DNA from: a bacterium
Lineage (GTDB): Bacteria > Omnitrophota > Gorgyraeia > Zapsychrales > Zapsychraceae
Assembly (NCBI GenBank): GCA_030429765.1
Contig: JAUIER010000004.1
Location: 33,131 to 97,130, forward strand
DNA length: 64,000 nucleotides
Direction of reading: 5' to 3'
This document shows, in pieces, positions 1 to 8,697 of this stretch (positions are counted from its first letter, which is position 1; every line of letters starts with the position of its first letter). The position numbers and the translations under genes are program-made. The notes beneath the pieces were generated by a model. That model was not told the DNA's origin. It did not search any database and was given only the letters and a program-made list of their open reading frames with translations.

Positions 1-1325
1 ATTTGCTCCACAATATTTTGATGTTCATTGACTAACTCGTCGATCAGCGCGTCCAGTGCCCCGTCATCCGACACCTGGGCCAAGCCTTTCTCGTCAATAA
101 TTTCAGCCGATGACTTTCCGGAATCCAGCATCATTCCCAGTACGTCCTTGGCCACCAGATTACTGATAGTGTCGTCGTCAACCTTCTTAATCAACTCGAC
201 CAAACGTTCAGGCGTTAAATTAATATCCGTGATTTCCGATTTACGCGCGTTCATTTCCTGCAGCACCGCGCCATTCAACCAGTTGGACACCTTCTTGCCA
301 TCCGGATAGATCTTCAGGCAATCCTCAAAGAAATTCGCCTTGCATCGCTCCTGAATAATGATGGTGGCGTCGTATTCGGATAGCTTGTATTCGTCGATGA
401 AACGATTCAGCTTGGGTTCCGGCAATTCCGGCAGATGATGTTTGACCTCATCAATGGTCGATTGTTCAACGGTAAACGGCACCAAATCAGGCTCGGGAAA
501 ATACCGGTAGTCATGCGCGGCTTCTTTGCTTCGCATCGAGACCGTCATCATTTTGTTCTCATCCCACAGCAACGTCTCCTGAATGACCTTGTCGCCGGAC
601 AGGACAACCTTGTGCTGCCGGTTGATTTCATATTCCAAGGCCGTACGAACGGCTTTGAATGAGTTCATATTCTTCAATTCGGTTTTGGTCCCAAACTCAG
701 TCGCGCCCATTTCTCGGATCGATACATTGGCATCGCATCGCAGACTCCCTTTCTCCATGTCACAATCGGAGACATCCAGATACGACAAAATCAATTTCAG
801 TTTCTGCAAATAATCATACGCTTCCTGCGGACTGCGCATATCCGGTTCTGAGACAATCTCAAGCAACGGCGTTCCCGTTCGATTGTAATCAACAAGACTG
901 CAGTCATCGGCATGGACCAGTTTTCCAGCGTCTTCCTCGAGATGCGCCCGTGTGATACCGATTGTTTTGTGCGTTCCGTCTTCTGTGGGAATATCGATCG
1001 CCCCTTCATAACAAATGGGTTTATCAAACTGCGAAATTTGGTAATTCTTGGGGCAATCCGGATAATAGTAGTTTTTGCGGTCGAACTTGACGAACGAATT
1101 GATCTTACACCCCAAGGCGCAACCGATACGGATGGCAAACTCCAGGGCCTTTTTGTTTACAACGGGCAGCGATCCGGGCAAGCCCAGACATACCGGACAC
1201 ACCTGCGTGTTGGGATCCTCGCCGAAAATATTCTGACAGCTGCAGAACATCTTAGTGTGAGTTGATAGCTGGACGTGAACCTCAAGTCCGATAACTGTTT
1301 CAAATTGTGTTTGTGTTGTCGTCAT
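1..1325 (-). CDS. gatB: Asp/Glu-tRNA(Asn/Gln) amidotransferase subunit B (3' end truncated by window edge)
   Basis: Manual translation from the ATG at 1323-1325 (complement) gives MTTTQTQFETVIGLEVHVQLSTHTKMFCSCQN...PVCLGLPGSLP, the canonical GatB N-terminus. It is absent from the ORF track because it runs off the window. It lies immediately downstream of gatA on the same strand. Confidence 0.9.
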   Translation of the reverse strand, partial: MTTTQTQFETVIGLEVHVQLSTHTKMFCSCQNIFGEDPNTQVCPVCLGLPGSLPVVNKKALEFAIRIGCALGCKINSFVKFDRKNYYYPDCPKNYQISQFDKPICYEGAIDIPTEDGTHKTIGITRAHLEEDAGKLVHADDCSLVDYNRTGTPLLEIVSEPDMRSPQEAYDYLQKLKLILSYLDVSDCDMEKGSLRCDANVSIREMGATEFGTKTELKNMNSFKAVRTALEYEINRQHKVVLSGDKVIQETLLWDENKMMTVSMRSKEAAHDYRYFPEPDLVPFTVEQSTIDEVKHHLPELPEPKLNRFIDEYKLSEYDATIIIQERCKANFFEDCLKIYPDGKKVSNWLNGAVLQEMNARKSEITDINLTPERLVELIKKVDDDTISNLVAKDVLGMMLDSGKSSAEIIDEKGLAQVSDDGALDALIDELVNEHQNIVEQ

Positions 1326-1339
1326 ATGTTCGTCCGTTC

Positions 1340-2776
1340 TCAATTAAATTTTGTGCGTCGCTTATGCCATTCCGTGTTTTGCTCGTATGTATGCGCGATA
1401 CGAAACAGCATTTCCTCATCAAATGCCTTGGTAAGCAGTTGCAAGCCGATGGGCAGACCGTCCTGAGAAAAACCACACGGCATGGACATGGCCGGGATAC
1501 CCGCGAGATTGGCTGAGATGGTAAAGATATCCGAAAGATACATCGATAACGGATCATCGCTGCGCTCTCCGACCTTAAAGGCCGTCGTCGGTGACGTCGG
1601 CGTCAGGATCGCGTCGACAGACTCAAAGGCCTTTTCAAAATCATTTTTGATGAGTGTCCGCACCTTAAGCCCGCGCAGGTAATAGGCGTCGTAGTATCCC
1701 GATGATAATGAGTACGTGCCCAGCATAATCCGGCGTTTGGACTCCGGACCAAAACCCTGATCACGCGACTCTTCGTACATGTCGATCAACGATGATTTTC
1801 GGACCTTTTCGGGAAACGATCGCAGTCCATATTGCACCCCGTCAAATCGGGCGAGATTGGAACTGGCCTCGGCCGTGGCCACGATATAGTAGGTCGCCAC
1901 CGCGTATTCCGTGTGCGGCAATGAAATCTCCACAAATTCGGCTCCGCAATCCTTGAGGACCTTGATCGACTCGTCGATGGCCGCCTTGACTTCCGCGTCC
2001 AATCCATCAATAAAATACTCCTTGGGAATCCCGATTTTTAGACCGCTGACGTCCTGAGTTAGGGCCTTGGTATAATCCGGCACCGGGACATCGGCACTGG
2101 TGGAATCCATAGGATCATAACCCGCAATAATATTTAGTAGCATAGCCGAATCCCGTACGTCCTTGGTGAACGGACCGATCTGATCCAGACTCGACGCGAA
2201 TGCAATCAGACCATAACGGGAGACGCGTCCATAAGTGGGTTTGAGCCCGACCACGCCGCAGAAGGCCGCCGGTTGTCGAATCGATCCTCCGGTGTCCGAT
2301 CCGATCGACCAGATCGCTTCGTTGGCCGCTACGGCTGCCGCCGAACCGCCGGATGACCCTCCCGGAACACAATCAAGGTTCCAGGGATTCCGTGTTGGAC
2401 CGAAGGCTGAGTTTTCCGTCGATGAACCAAACGCGAACTCATCCATGTTTGTGTTCCCAACGAGAATAGCTCCGCTGTCCTTGAGCTTTCGGATTACCGT
2501 CGCATCATAGGGCGACTTAAATCCCTGTAAAATCTTGGAAGCGCAGGTGGTTTCAATCCCCTGCATACACATATTGTCTTTGATGGCAATCGGGATAGGA
2601 TAAGGTGATGCCGCGTCATAGTTTTGCGGATTATCGTTGAGACGGAGGTAAGCTTTCACCTTGGAATCCACCGCGTCAATCTGATCCCGCACGGATTTGT
2701 GCACATCCTGCGGCGATATTTGTGAAGAACTGATCTGATCGATCAGCTCATGGGCTGTCAATTCATTGAGATTCAT
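1340..2776 (-). CDS. gatA: Glutamyl-tRNA(Gln) amidotransferase subunit A
   Basis: 478 aa with an amidase signature ([12 protein letters not shown]). It sits between gatC and gatB. Confidence 0.92.
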   Translation of the reverse strand: MNLNELTAHELIDQISSSQISPQDVHKSVRDQIDAVDSKVKAYLRLNDNPQNYDAASPYPIPIAIKDNMCMQGIETTCASKILQGFKSPYDATVIRKLKDSGAILVGNTNMDEFAFGSSTENSAFGPTRNPWNLDCVPGGSSGGSAAAVAANEAIWSIGSDTGGSIRQPAAFCGVVGLKPTYGRVSRYGLIAFASSLDQIGPFTKDVRDSAMLLNIIAGYDPMDSTSADVPVPDYTKALTQDVSGLKIGIPKEYFIDGLDAEVKAAIDESIKVLKDCGAEFVEISLPHTEYAVATYYIVATAEASSNLARFDGVQYGLRSFPEKVRKSSLIDMYEESRDQGFGPESKRRIMLGTYSLSSGYYDAYYLRGLKVRTLIKNDFEKAFESVDAILTPTSPTTAFKVGERSDDPLSMYLSDIFTISANLAGIPAMSMPCGFSQDGLPIGLQLLTKAFDEEMLFRIAHTYEQNTEWHKRRTKFN

Positions 2777-3057
2777 TCGATCACCTTGGGAACTTTAAAG
2801 GCGCCATCGCGCTGGTCAACGGCTATTTTCATGGTTTCGGTCCGGTCAAGTGACGGCTTGATCTCGTCATCCCGGAACACATTGGTGAGTGGTAAGGCAT
2901 GGCTGGTCGGCTCGATGTCCGTGACATCCAGCTTCTGCAGTTTTTCCACATAGCCGATGATTTTTTCCAGATCTTTTTGCAGGGACCCGACTTCATGATC
3001 CTGCAGATAAATCCGGGACAATCCGGCCACATACTTCACATCGTCTTCTGAAATCAT
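2773..3057 (-). CDS. gatC: Glutamyl-tRNA(Gln) amidotransferase subunit C
   Basis: 94 aa and GatC-like. It overlaps the gatA start by 4 bp, consistent with a gatCAB operon. Confidence 0.85.
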   Translation of the reverse strand: MISEDDVKYVAGLSRIYLQDHEVGSLQKDLEKIIGYVEKLQKLDVTDIEPTSHALPLTNVFRDDEIKPSLDRTETMKIAVDQRDGAFKVPKVIE

Positions 3058-3152
3058 AAGCGCTACTTTTCTGTATTGTTAATAGTCGTAGGAGTTTAAC
3101 AAAAATTTGAAACAGTATCGTACCATCAAACCCCCTAAATCACAAGTCTAAA

Positions 3153-3521
3153 CTACATCAGCTTTTGCCGAATTTCATCGGGAATGGGCACCGGCCGAAA
3201 GTCCGGAGTGAGACTGACCAGCGTCACCTCCGCGCGGACCAGCAATTGCTCATCCTTAACGCGGCGAATGGTTTGACGGAACATCAGCTGAGCGGCTGTC
3301 ATTTTGAGCAGCTCAGATTCACAACGGATGATATCGCCGTAGCGCGCCGGGGCCTTGTAGGTGGCGTTGCATTGACGGACAGCGTAAAGAAACTCACCTT
3401 GCGGCTGAATCCCCCGCTCGATTAGAAACTCGGTGCGAGCTTCCTCCATATACTTCAGATAATTCGCGTAATACACCACGCCCCCGGCGTCGGTGTCATG
3501 ATAGTAAATTTTCTTTTCCAT
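3153..3521 (-). CDS. Acyl-CoA thioesterase, YbgC/4HBT (hotdog) family
   Basis: 122 aa with the HDTDAGGVVYYANYLKYME motif typical of YbgC/FcoT-type hotdog thioesterases. Confidence 0.75.
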   Translation of the reverse strand: MEKKIYYHDTDAGGVVYYANYLKYMEEARTEFLIERGIQPQGEFLYAVRQCNATYKAPARYGDIIRCESELLKMTAAQLMFRQTIRRVKDEQLLVRAEVTLVSLTPDFRPVPIPDEIRQKLM

Positions 3522-3675
3522 TTGCTCTCAATCGGTTATAACAATTTTGCGTGAATACTTATTTGGCATCGCTTCAATTATAGGTGAATTCGACTATTTT
3601 TTCACTAAAAAACCCTGGCGCCCTGTGATAAAATCAGGATCGACGTCAATATATTAACCATCATACACACCAAAT

Positions 3676-4047
3676 ATGGACTCTTCCGCCGAACGACGCA
3701 TTCACCCACGCTGGATCATTGAAAATACAGTGATCTTTCAGCGTGAGAGCAATCCCAACCAACACGAGGGCCTGTCGCAAAATCTCAGTTGCAGCGGGAT
3801 TTCCATGCTGACCACGGAAAAACTGCACAACGGTCAGAAGATCGCGCTGAACATTTCCCTCTCCGATACAGAATCCATCCGTTTGACCGGTAAAGTGATG
3901 TGGATCAAAAAACAGGGCGACCGCTACCGGGTCGGGATCCATTTTGTCGGCATCGTCGAAAAAGAACAAAGCCGTATCCTGGAGTTCGCCTTTGACGTCA
4001 AACACGACAACGTCGTCAACCACTGGTTCAAGGACTGGAATTCCTAA
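3676..4047 (+). CDS. Standalone PilZ-domain protein (putative c-di-GMP receptor)
   Basis: 123 aa carrying an RxxxR motif (ERRIHPR) and a D/NxSxxG motif (NLSCSGIS). It is one of only two plus-strand genes in the window. Confidence 0.6.
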   Translation: MDSSAERRIHPRWIIENTVIFQRESNPNQHEGLSQNLSCSGISMLTTEKLHNGQKIALNISLSDTESIRLTGKVMWIKKQGDRYRVGIHFVGIVEKEQSRILEFAFDVKHDNVVNHWFKDWNS

Positions 4048-4053
4048 GCCATT

Positions 4054-4866
4054 TTAAGGCATTCTAAACTGTTTGTAGATATCGACAAATGTCTTAAGTG
4101 ATATTTGTTCGGGTCTGACCTTGGGATCCACACGCAGCGTCTCGAGTCGCTCGACAATCTCCTCACGGGAGACCTCCACCGGTAACGCGTTGGCAATCAT
4201 CTTCCGGCGCTTGGTGAACGTCATTTGGATAAACCGCAACAGACCATTCGGGTCGTCTACCGGATACCGCGGCTGATCAAGAAAGCGCATCTCAACAAAA
4301 CAGGAATTGACCTTGGGCACCGGACTAAATGCCGTGTTTTTGATTTGAAAATGCACACGCACATCACTGAAGTACTGCGCGAAACACGATAGCGATCCGT
4401 AATCCTTGTTCCCCGGCCGGGCCGCCAACCGCCGACCGAATTCCAACTGCACCGTCATAAAAAACACCTTGATGCGCTCGCGTTGAGCGATCATGTGCTC
4501 GACGATCGGTGTCGAGATATTGTAGGGAATATTTCCCACCACTTTAATCGGGTCACCCTGTTCGGGAATCTGATAGTTGAGTATATCGCCGGACACAATC
4601 GTTAAAGATGCGTGATCCGCAAACTTCTCCCTCAAGAGCTTGACGAGGTCTTGATCTTTCTCGACGACGGTTAGATGGCGGGCCTGCTCAAGCAATTGCT
4701 CCGTCAAAACGCCCTTGCCGGGCCCGATCTCGAGCACTTCATCACCAGAATGGATATCACAAATTGTCAGAATACGATTACGGGCAGCCTCGCTGACCAA
4801 AAAGTTTTGGCCCAGTGATTTCTTGGGGACATGACGGCGGGGGATCTTTCCACGGTCGGGACGCAT
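4054..4866 (-). CDS. rsmA: 16S rRNA (adenine1518/1519-N6)-dimethyltransferase
   Basis: 270 aa with KSLGQNFL and an EIGPGKG SAM-binding motif. It lies downstream of pdxA, as in the E. coli surA-pdxA-ksgA order. Confidence 0.9.
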   Translation of the reverse strand: MRPDRGKIPRRHVPKKSLGQNFLVSEAARNRILTICDIHSGDEVLEIGPGKGVLTEQLLEQARHLTVVEKDQDLVKLLREKFADHASLTIVSGDILNYQIPEQGDPIKVVGNIPYNISTPIVEHMIAQRERIKVFFMTVQLEFGRRLAARPGNKDYGSLSCFAQYFSDVRVHFQIKNTAFSPVPKVNSCFVEMRFLDQPRYPVDDPNGLLRFIQMTFTKRRKMIANALPVEVSREEIVERLETLRVDPKVRPEQISLKTFVDIYKQFRMP

Positions 4867-4868
4867 TC

Positions 4869-5819
4869 CTACACCAATCTGGCGGCCAATCGGATAGCCT
4901 CGGCCATTGACGATGGATCCGCCTGATTTTTTCCGGCAATATCAAATGCCGTGCCATGCGCCGGCGATGTCCTGACATAAGGCAGCCCGATCGTCATGTT
5001 GACCAACTCATTAAAATACAATGTCTTAATCGGGATCAGCCCCTGATCATGATACATCGCGACAATGCAGTCATAAGCGGCCGCGTTATGAGCTACAAAT
5101 AGGGTGTCGGCAGCAAATGGCCCTTCCGCTTTTACACGCCGCCGGCGCGCGGCCTGAATGGCGGGAACGATTACCTCGCGGTCTTCACGACCCAGCAGTC
5201 CATTTTCTCCGGCATGCGGGTTGAGCCCGCAAACAGCAATCCGAGGCTGCCGGATTTTGAACTGCTCCTTAAGCCCTTTGGCCGTGAGCATAATGGTTTG
5301 ATACACCAAATCCTGCGTGATCAGCCGTGGAACGTTCTTGAGTGGCACATGACGCGTCACAATAATCGTCCGCATCTTTCGTGCCACAAACAGCATCCCG
5401 ACATGATCAATGCCGGCCGCATCGGCGAGAAATTCGGTGTGACCGACGAACTTGCGGTCAAATGGCACAATGGCCTCTTTGCAGACCGGCGCCGTTACCA
5501 GCGCCTGGATCTCCGCATCCTTGAGCGCGACGACCGCCTGCTTTAGGTACAGCCAGGCCGCCTTACCATGCGCGGATGAAATCCGTCCAGGCTTAAACTG
5601 GCTTTGTTTGATGGCCGACATATTTTTAATGTGACAATTGGCGGGCAATCGGCGACGAACGGAATTGATGATCCAATCTTCGCCGAAAAGCAAAAAATCA
5701 ACGCGAGGAAATGCGCGCGCTACCCGGGACACGGCCTTGGCCGTAACCTCCGGGCCGATACCGCCTGGATCACCCATCGTGATGCCGACGGTCTTATTGC
5801 TTGATTTCGATGTAGGCAT
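4869..5819 (-). CDS. pdxA: 4-hydroxythreonine-4-phosphate dehydrogenase
   Basis: It carries a GDPGGIGPEV motif. The ORF-track start at 5837 is TTG, so I chose the in-frame ATG at 5817-5819 (MPTSKSS...), which aligns with the E. coli PdxA N-terminus. Confidence 0.85.
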   Translation of the reverse strand: MPTSKSSNKTVGITMGDPGGIGPEVTAKAVSRVARAFPRVDFLLFGEDWIINSVRRRLPANCHIKNMSAIKQSQFKPGRISSAHGKAAWLYLKQAVVALKDAEIQALVTAPVCKEAIVPFDRKFVGHTEFLADAAGIDHVGMLFVARKMRTIIVTRHVPLKNVPRLITQDLVYQTIMLTAKGLKEQFKIRQPRIAVCGLNPHAGENGLLGREDREVIVPAIQAARRRRVKAEGPFAADTLFVAHNAAAYDCIVAMYHDQGLIPIKTLYFNELVNMTIGLPYVRTSPAHGTAFDIAGKNQADPSSMAEAIRLAARLV

Positions 5820-6756
5820 CTTTTTTGAGATTCTCAAGCCAGCTCAGCAGTTCGTTTTGCAGTTTCTGTCGGAATAAAAACTCGGTAATGAAGTCTTTGA
5901 CGTCACTCAGTGAAGCCAATTGCGCGGGAAACTTCTTGGTGACCAGAAATATGTAGGCGCCGCTTTCAACCTCGATCACGTCCGATGGTTTATCCCGCTC
6001 GAGATGAAAGACGATCTTCTCAATCTTGGGCAAGAGCTGACCGCGTTCGACCTCTCCCAGCGACGAGGCCTTGGAATATTCCTTGGCGACCTCCGTAAAC
6101 GGTTCGCCGTTTTTGATCAATTCCAATGCGACATTCGCCCGCTTAATCGCGTCCTTGCGATTGGACTCATAGGGAATGTAGATCGATTCCACGAAGATCT
6201 TTTCTTTGTCCTGAAACCGCTCCATATTCGCCTCGTAATAATCGGTAACTTCTTGGGGATTCACGTAGATCTTGGACTTGACTTCGTGATCAATCACAAA
6301 GGCAATCTTGAGCTGTTCCACAATCTTCTTCCGGAGATCCGTAACCGTGACACCGTTGCTCACCAGAGCCTTCATAAAATCCTGCTCTGAATTATACCTG
6401 CCCTTGACCTCTTCCAGCTTCTGATCGATGAGCTTTTCCTTCACGTTCATCCCGATCTCATTGGCCTTGCTCAACAATAGTTTATCCTCGATAAGCTTGT
6501 TAAGACCGTTGATTTCCAAGTCCAGCATCACCTTGTTGATGTCCTCGGGGTCACGCCCCTCGGCCACCAGCGCCACATAGGTCCCGCGCACATAGTCTCG
6601 CAGATCTTTGAGCGTGATCAATTCATCATTGACCACCGCCAGAATGGCGTCGTCAACGGCGTAGGTCGGCTGCGGCGATATTACGCCCGTCAACATTAAT
6701 AACGCCAGCAGTATCGTCAAAGTATATTTAATTCCTCGCATGTAATTTATCCTCAT
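5794..6756 (-). CDS. surA: SurA-like periplasmic chaperone / parvulin-type PPIase
   Basis: 320 aa with a signal peptide, a SurA N-terminal chaperone region and one parvulin-like segment. Its position upstream of pdxA-rsmA also supports the call. Confidence 0.7.
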   Translation of the reverse strand: MRINYMRGIKYTLTILLALLMLTGVISPQPTYAVDDAILAVVNDELITLKDLRDYVRGTYVALVAEGRDPEDINKVMLDLEINGLNKLIEDKLLLSKANEIGMNVKEKLIDQKLEEVKGRYNSEQDFMKALVSNGVTVTDLRKKIVEQLKIAFVIDHEVKSKIYVNPQEVTDYYEANMERFQDKEKIFVESIYIPYESNRKDAIKRANVALELIKNGEPFTEVAKEYSKASSLGEVERGQLLPKIEKIVFHLERDKPSDVIEVESGAYIFLVTKKFPAQLASLSDVKDFITEFLFRQKLQNELLSWLENLKKDAYIEIKQ

Positions 6757-8644
6757 TTTTTCGTTTTAGCTGCTCAACCGATTCCTTCAGCAGTCGACAG
6801 TATAGATCAAATCCAACGCTGGCAATATACCCGGACTGTTCCTGTCCCAGCAGATTACCGGCTCCCCGTATCTGCAAATCTTCAAAGGCGATATGAAATC
6901 CGGCGCCAAGTCCGCTGAATTTCTTAATCGCGTCGATTCGATGCTTGGCCACGCTCGAAAGAATGCGAGCCGACGGCACAATTAAGTAAGTGTATGATTT
7001 TCTCGTCGAGCGCCCCACTCGACCTCGTAATTGGTGTAATTCCGATAACCCAAAATGATCCGCCCGGTTGACAATCAGTGTGTTCGCGTTGGGAATATCG
7101 ATCCCGGACCCGATGATCGTCGTGCAAACCAGCACATCCACTTCGCCCTCCAGAAAATCCAGCATGATCCGTTCCAGCTGTTTGGCGGACATCTGCCCAT
7201 GGCCCACTGCGACTTTGGCCTTGGGATTGAGTTTCTCTATTATTTTAGCAATTTGCTGGATATCTTCAACGCGATTATGGAGAAAAAAGACCTGCCCTTT
7301 GCGCCGTAACTCGCGGTTAATGGCCTTCTGGATCAAATCTTCATCAAACTCAATCACTTCAGTCTTGACCGGGATACGCTTTTGCGGCGGCGTGGAAATA
7401 ATCGACATATCCTTGGCGCCGGTCAATGCCATATGCAGCGTACGCGGAATCGGCGTGGCGGTCAAGGTCAAGACATCAGCCAATAAGCGCATATGCTTGA
7501 GCCGTTCCTTGGCCGTGACACCAAAACGTTGTTCTTCATCAATGATGATCAAGCCTAAATCTTTAAATCCGATATCCTTGGATAGTAATCGGTGCGTTCC
7601 GATCAGAATATCCACATGCCCTTCAATCGTATCCTTGATAATCGCCAACTGCTCGGCCCGTGTGCGAAACCTCGAGAGCATCGCCACCCGGATCGGAAAA
7701 TGTTTCATCCGCTTGGAAAAATTATAGAAATGCTGTTCGGCCAGGATCGTCGTCGGGACCAGCACCGCGACCTGCTTACCATCACTGACCGCCTTAAAGG
7801 CCGCGCGAATAGCGACTTCGGTCTTGCCGTATCCGACGTCCCCGCACAACAATCGATCCATCGGGGTCTCCATCGACATATCCTTGTCGACGGCTTCCAT
7901 CGCCTTGATCTGATCTTCGGTCTCCTCGTAAGGAAAACCCTTTTGAAACTCGGCCTCCCATTCGGGATTGGATGAAAATGCGTGACCTTTGAGTGTCGCC
8001 CGCATCGCCTGAATGTGCAGCATCTCCGCCGCCAGACGCTGCAGCCGCTTCTGGATCTGGGCCTTGACCCGTTTCCACTCATTGCTGCCGAGTTTGTACA
8101 ACCGTGGCGGTCGCTTGTGAAAGCTGACATACTTTTGAATCAGCCGCAGATCATGTTTGGGAACAAATAGTTTATCACCGCCGTCATACTCGATAACAAA
8201 GTGATCTTTGTTCTTATTCGTGACATTGAGCGTCTCGACACCCAGAAACCGGCCGATCCCGTGCTGCGAATGCACCACATAATCGCCGGATTCGATATCA
8301 ACAAAATTGTTCAGCGGAATATCAGCGGAGAAGACATCAGTCTTTCTCGACTCACGCTTTTTGTAGGGAAGGATGATGACGGCCTTATGCTGCCAGATGG
8401 ACTTACCCGACACCATATTGTAGCTGGCAATTGCCCGGATCTTATCATCGTCAAAATCTATACGGATCGGTCCGTCAAAATTAACCGGATAAATATCAAG
8501 AATCTCACCCCGACGGGCAAACTCCCCCTCTTGTGACGTCTTCTTGACTTTCGTGTAACGGTAGGCGACTAGATTATTGAGGATGATTTCCGGATCGATC
8601 TCCTGACCCGTGAAAAGCTCGAAAGACTTAAACATGATAATCAC
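6728..8644 (-). CDS. mfd: Transcription-repair coupling factor, short form (D3-RID-translocase only)
   Basis: 638 aa carrying the Mfd RNAP-interaction motif (GDYVVHSQHGIGRF) and SF2 helicase motifs (GYGKTEVA, DEEQRFG, QLRGRVGR). An in-frame stop lies 2 codons upstream of the start, so the UvrB-homology module is not encoded in-frame upstream. The C-terminus ends about 15 aa after the translocase domain. Confidence 0.8.
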   Translation of the reverse strand: MIIMFKSFELFTGQEIDPEIILNNLVAYRYTKVKKTSQEGEFARRGEILDIYPVNFDGPIRIDFDDDKIRAIASYNMVSGKSIWQHKAVIILPYKKRESRKTDVFSADIPLNNFVDIESGDYVVHSQHGIGRFLGVETLNVTNKNKDHFVIEYDGGDKLFVPKHDLRLIQKYVSFHKRPPRLYKLGSNEWKRVKAQIQKRLQRLAAEMLHIQAMRATLKGHAFSSNPEWEAEFQKGFPYEETEDQIKAMEAVDKDMSMETPMDRLLCGDVGYGKTEVAIRAAFKAVSDGKQVAVLVPTTILAEQHFYNFSKRMKHFPIRVAMLSRFRTRAEQLAIIKDTIEGHVDILIGTHRLLSKDIGFKDLGLIIIDEEQRFGVTAKERLKHMRLLADVLTLTATPIPRTLHMALTGAKDMSIISTPPQKRIPVKTEVIEFDEDLIQKAINRELRRKGQVFFLHNRVEDIQQIAKIIEKLNPKAKVAVGHGQMSAKQLERIMLDFLEGEVDVLVCTTIIGSGIDIPNANTLIVNRADHFGLSELHQLRGRVGRSTRKSYTYLIVPSARILSSVAKHRIDAIKKFSGLGAGFHIAFEDLQIRGAGNLLGQEQSGYIASVGFDLYCRLLKESVEQLKRKNEDKLHARN

Positions 8645-8697
8645 ATAGGCTCATCACACGTCTCCTCAGCCTCCCGACGTGTGACGTGTGATTATTG

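Noticed and set aside
28-309. 93-aa plus-strand ORF at the window start
   Set aside because: It lies inside the gatB coding region on the opposite strand. The manual gatB translation is unambiguous.
7068-8130. Long antisense or alternate-frame ORFs inside mfd (219 aa +, 141 aa Arg-rich -, 127 aa +)
   Set aside because: They are entirely embedded in the well-supported mfd frame. Their composition is Arg/Ser-rich and typical of off-frame translation of GC-containing coding DNA. They have no start or RBS context.
8645-8697. 10-bp inverted repeat (ATCACACGTC...GACGTGTGAT) between secDF and mfd as a possible terminator
   Set aside because: There is no T-run after the stem in the direction of transcription, and mfd has no room for its own promoter. 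It is more likely a translational-coupling or mRNA-processing structure, so I did not call it a terminator.
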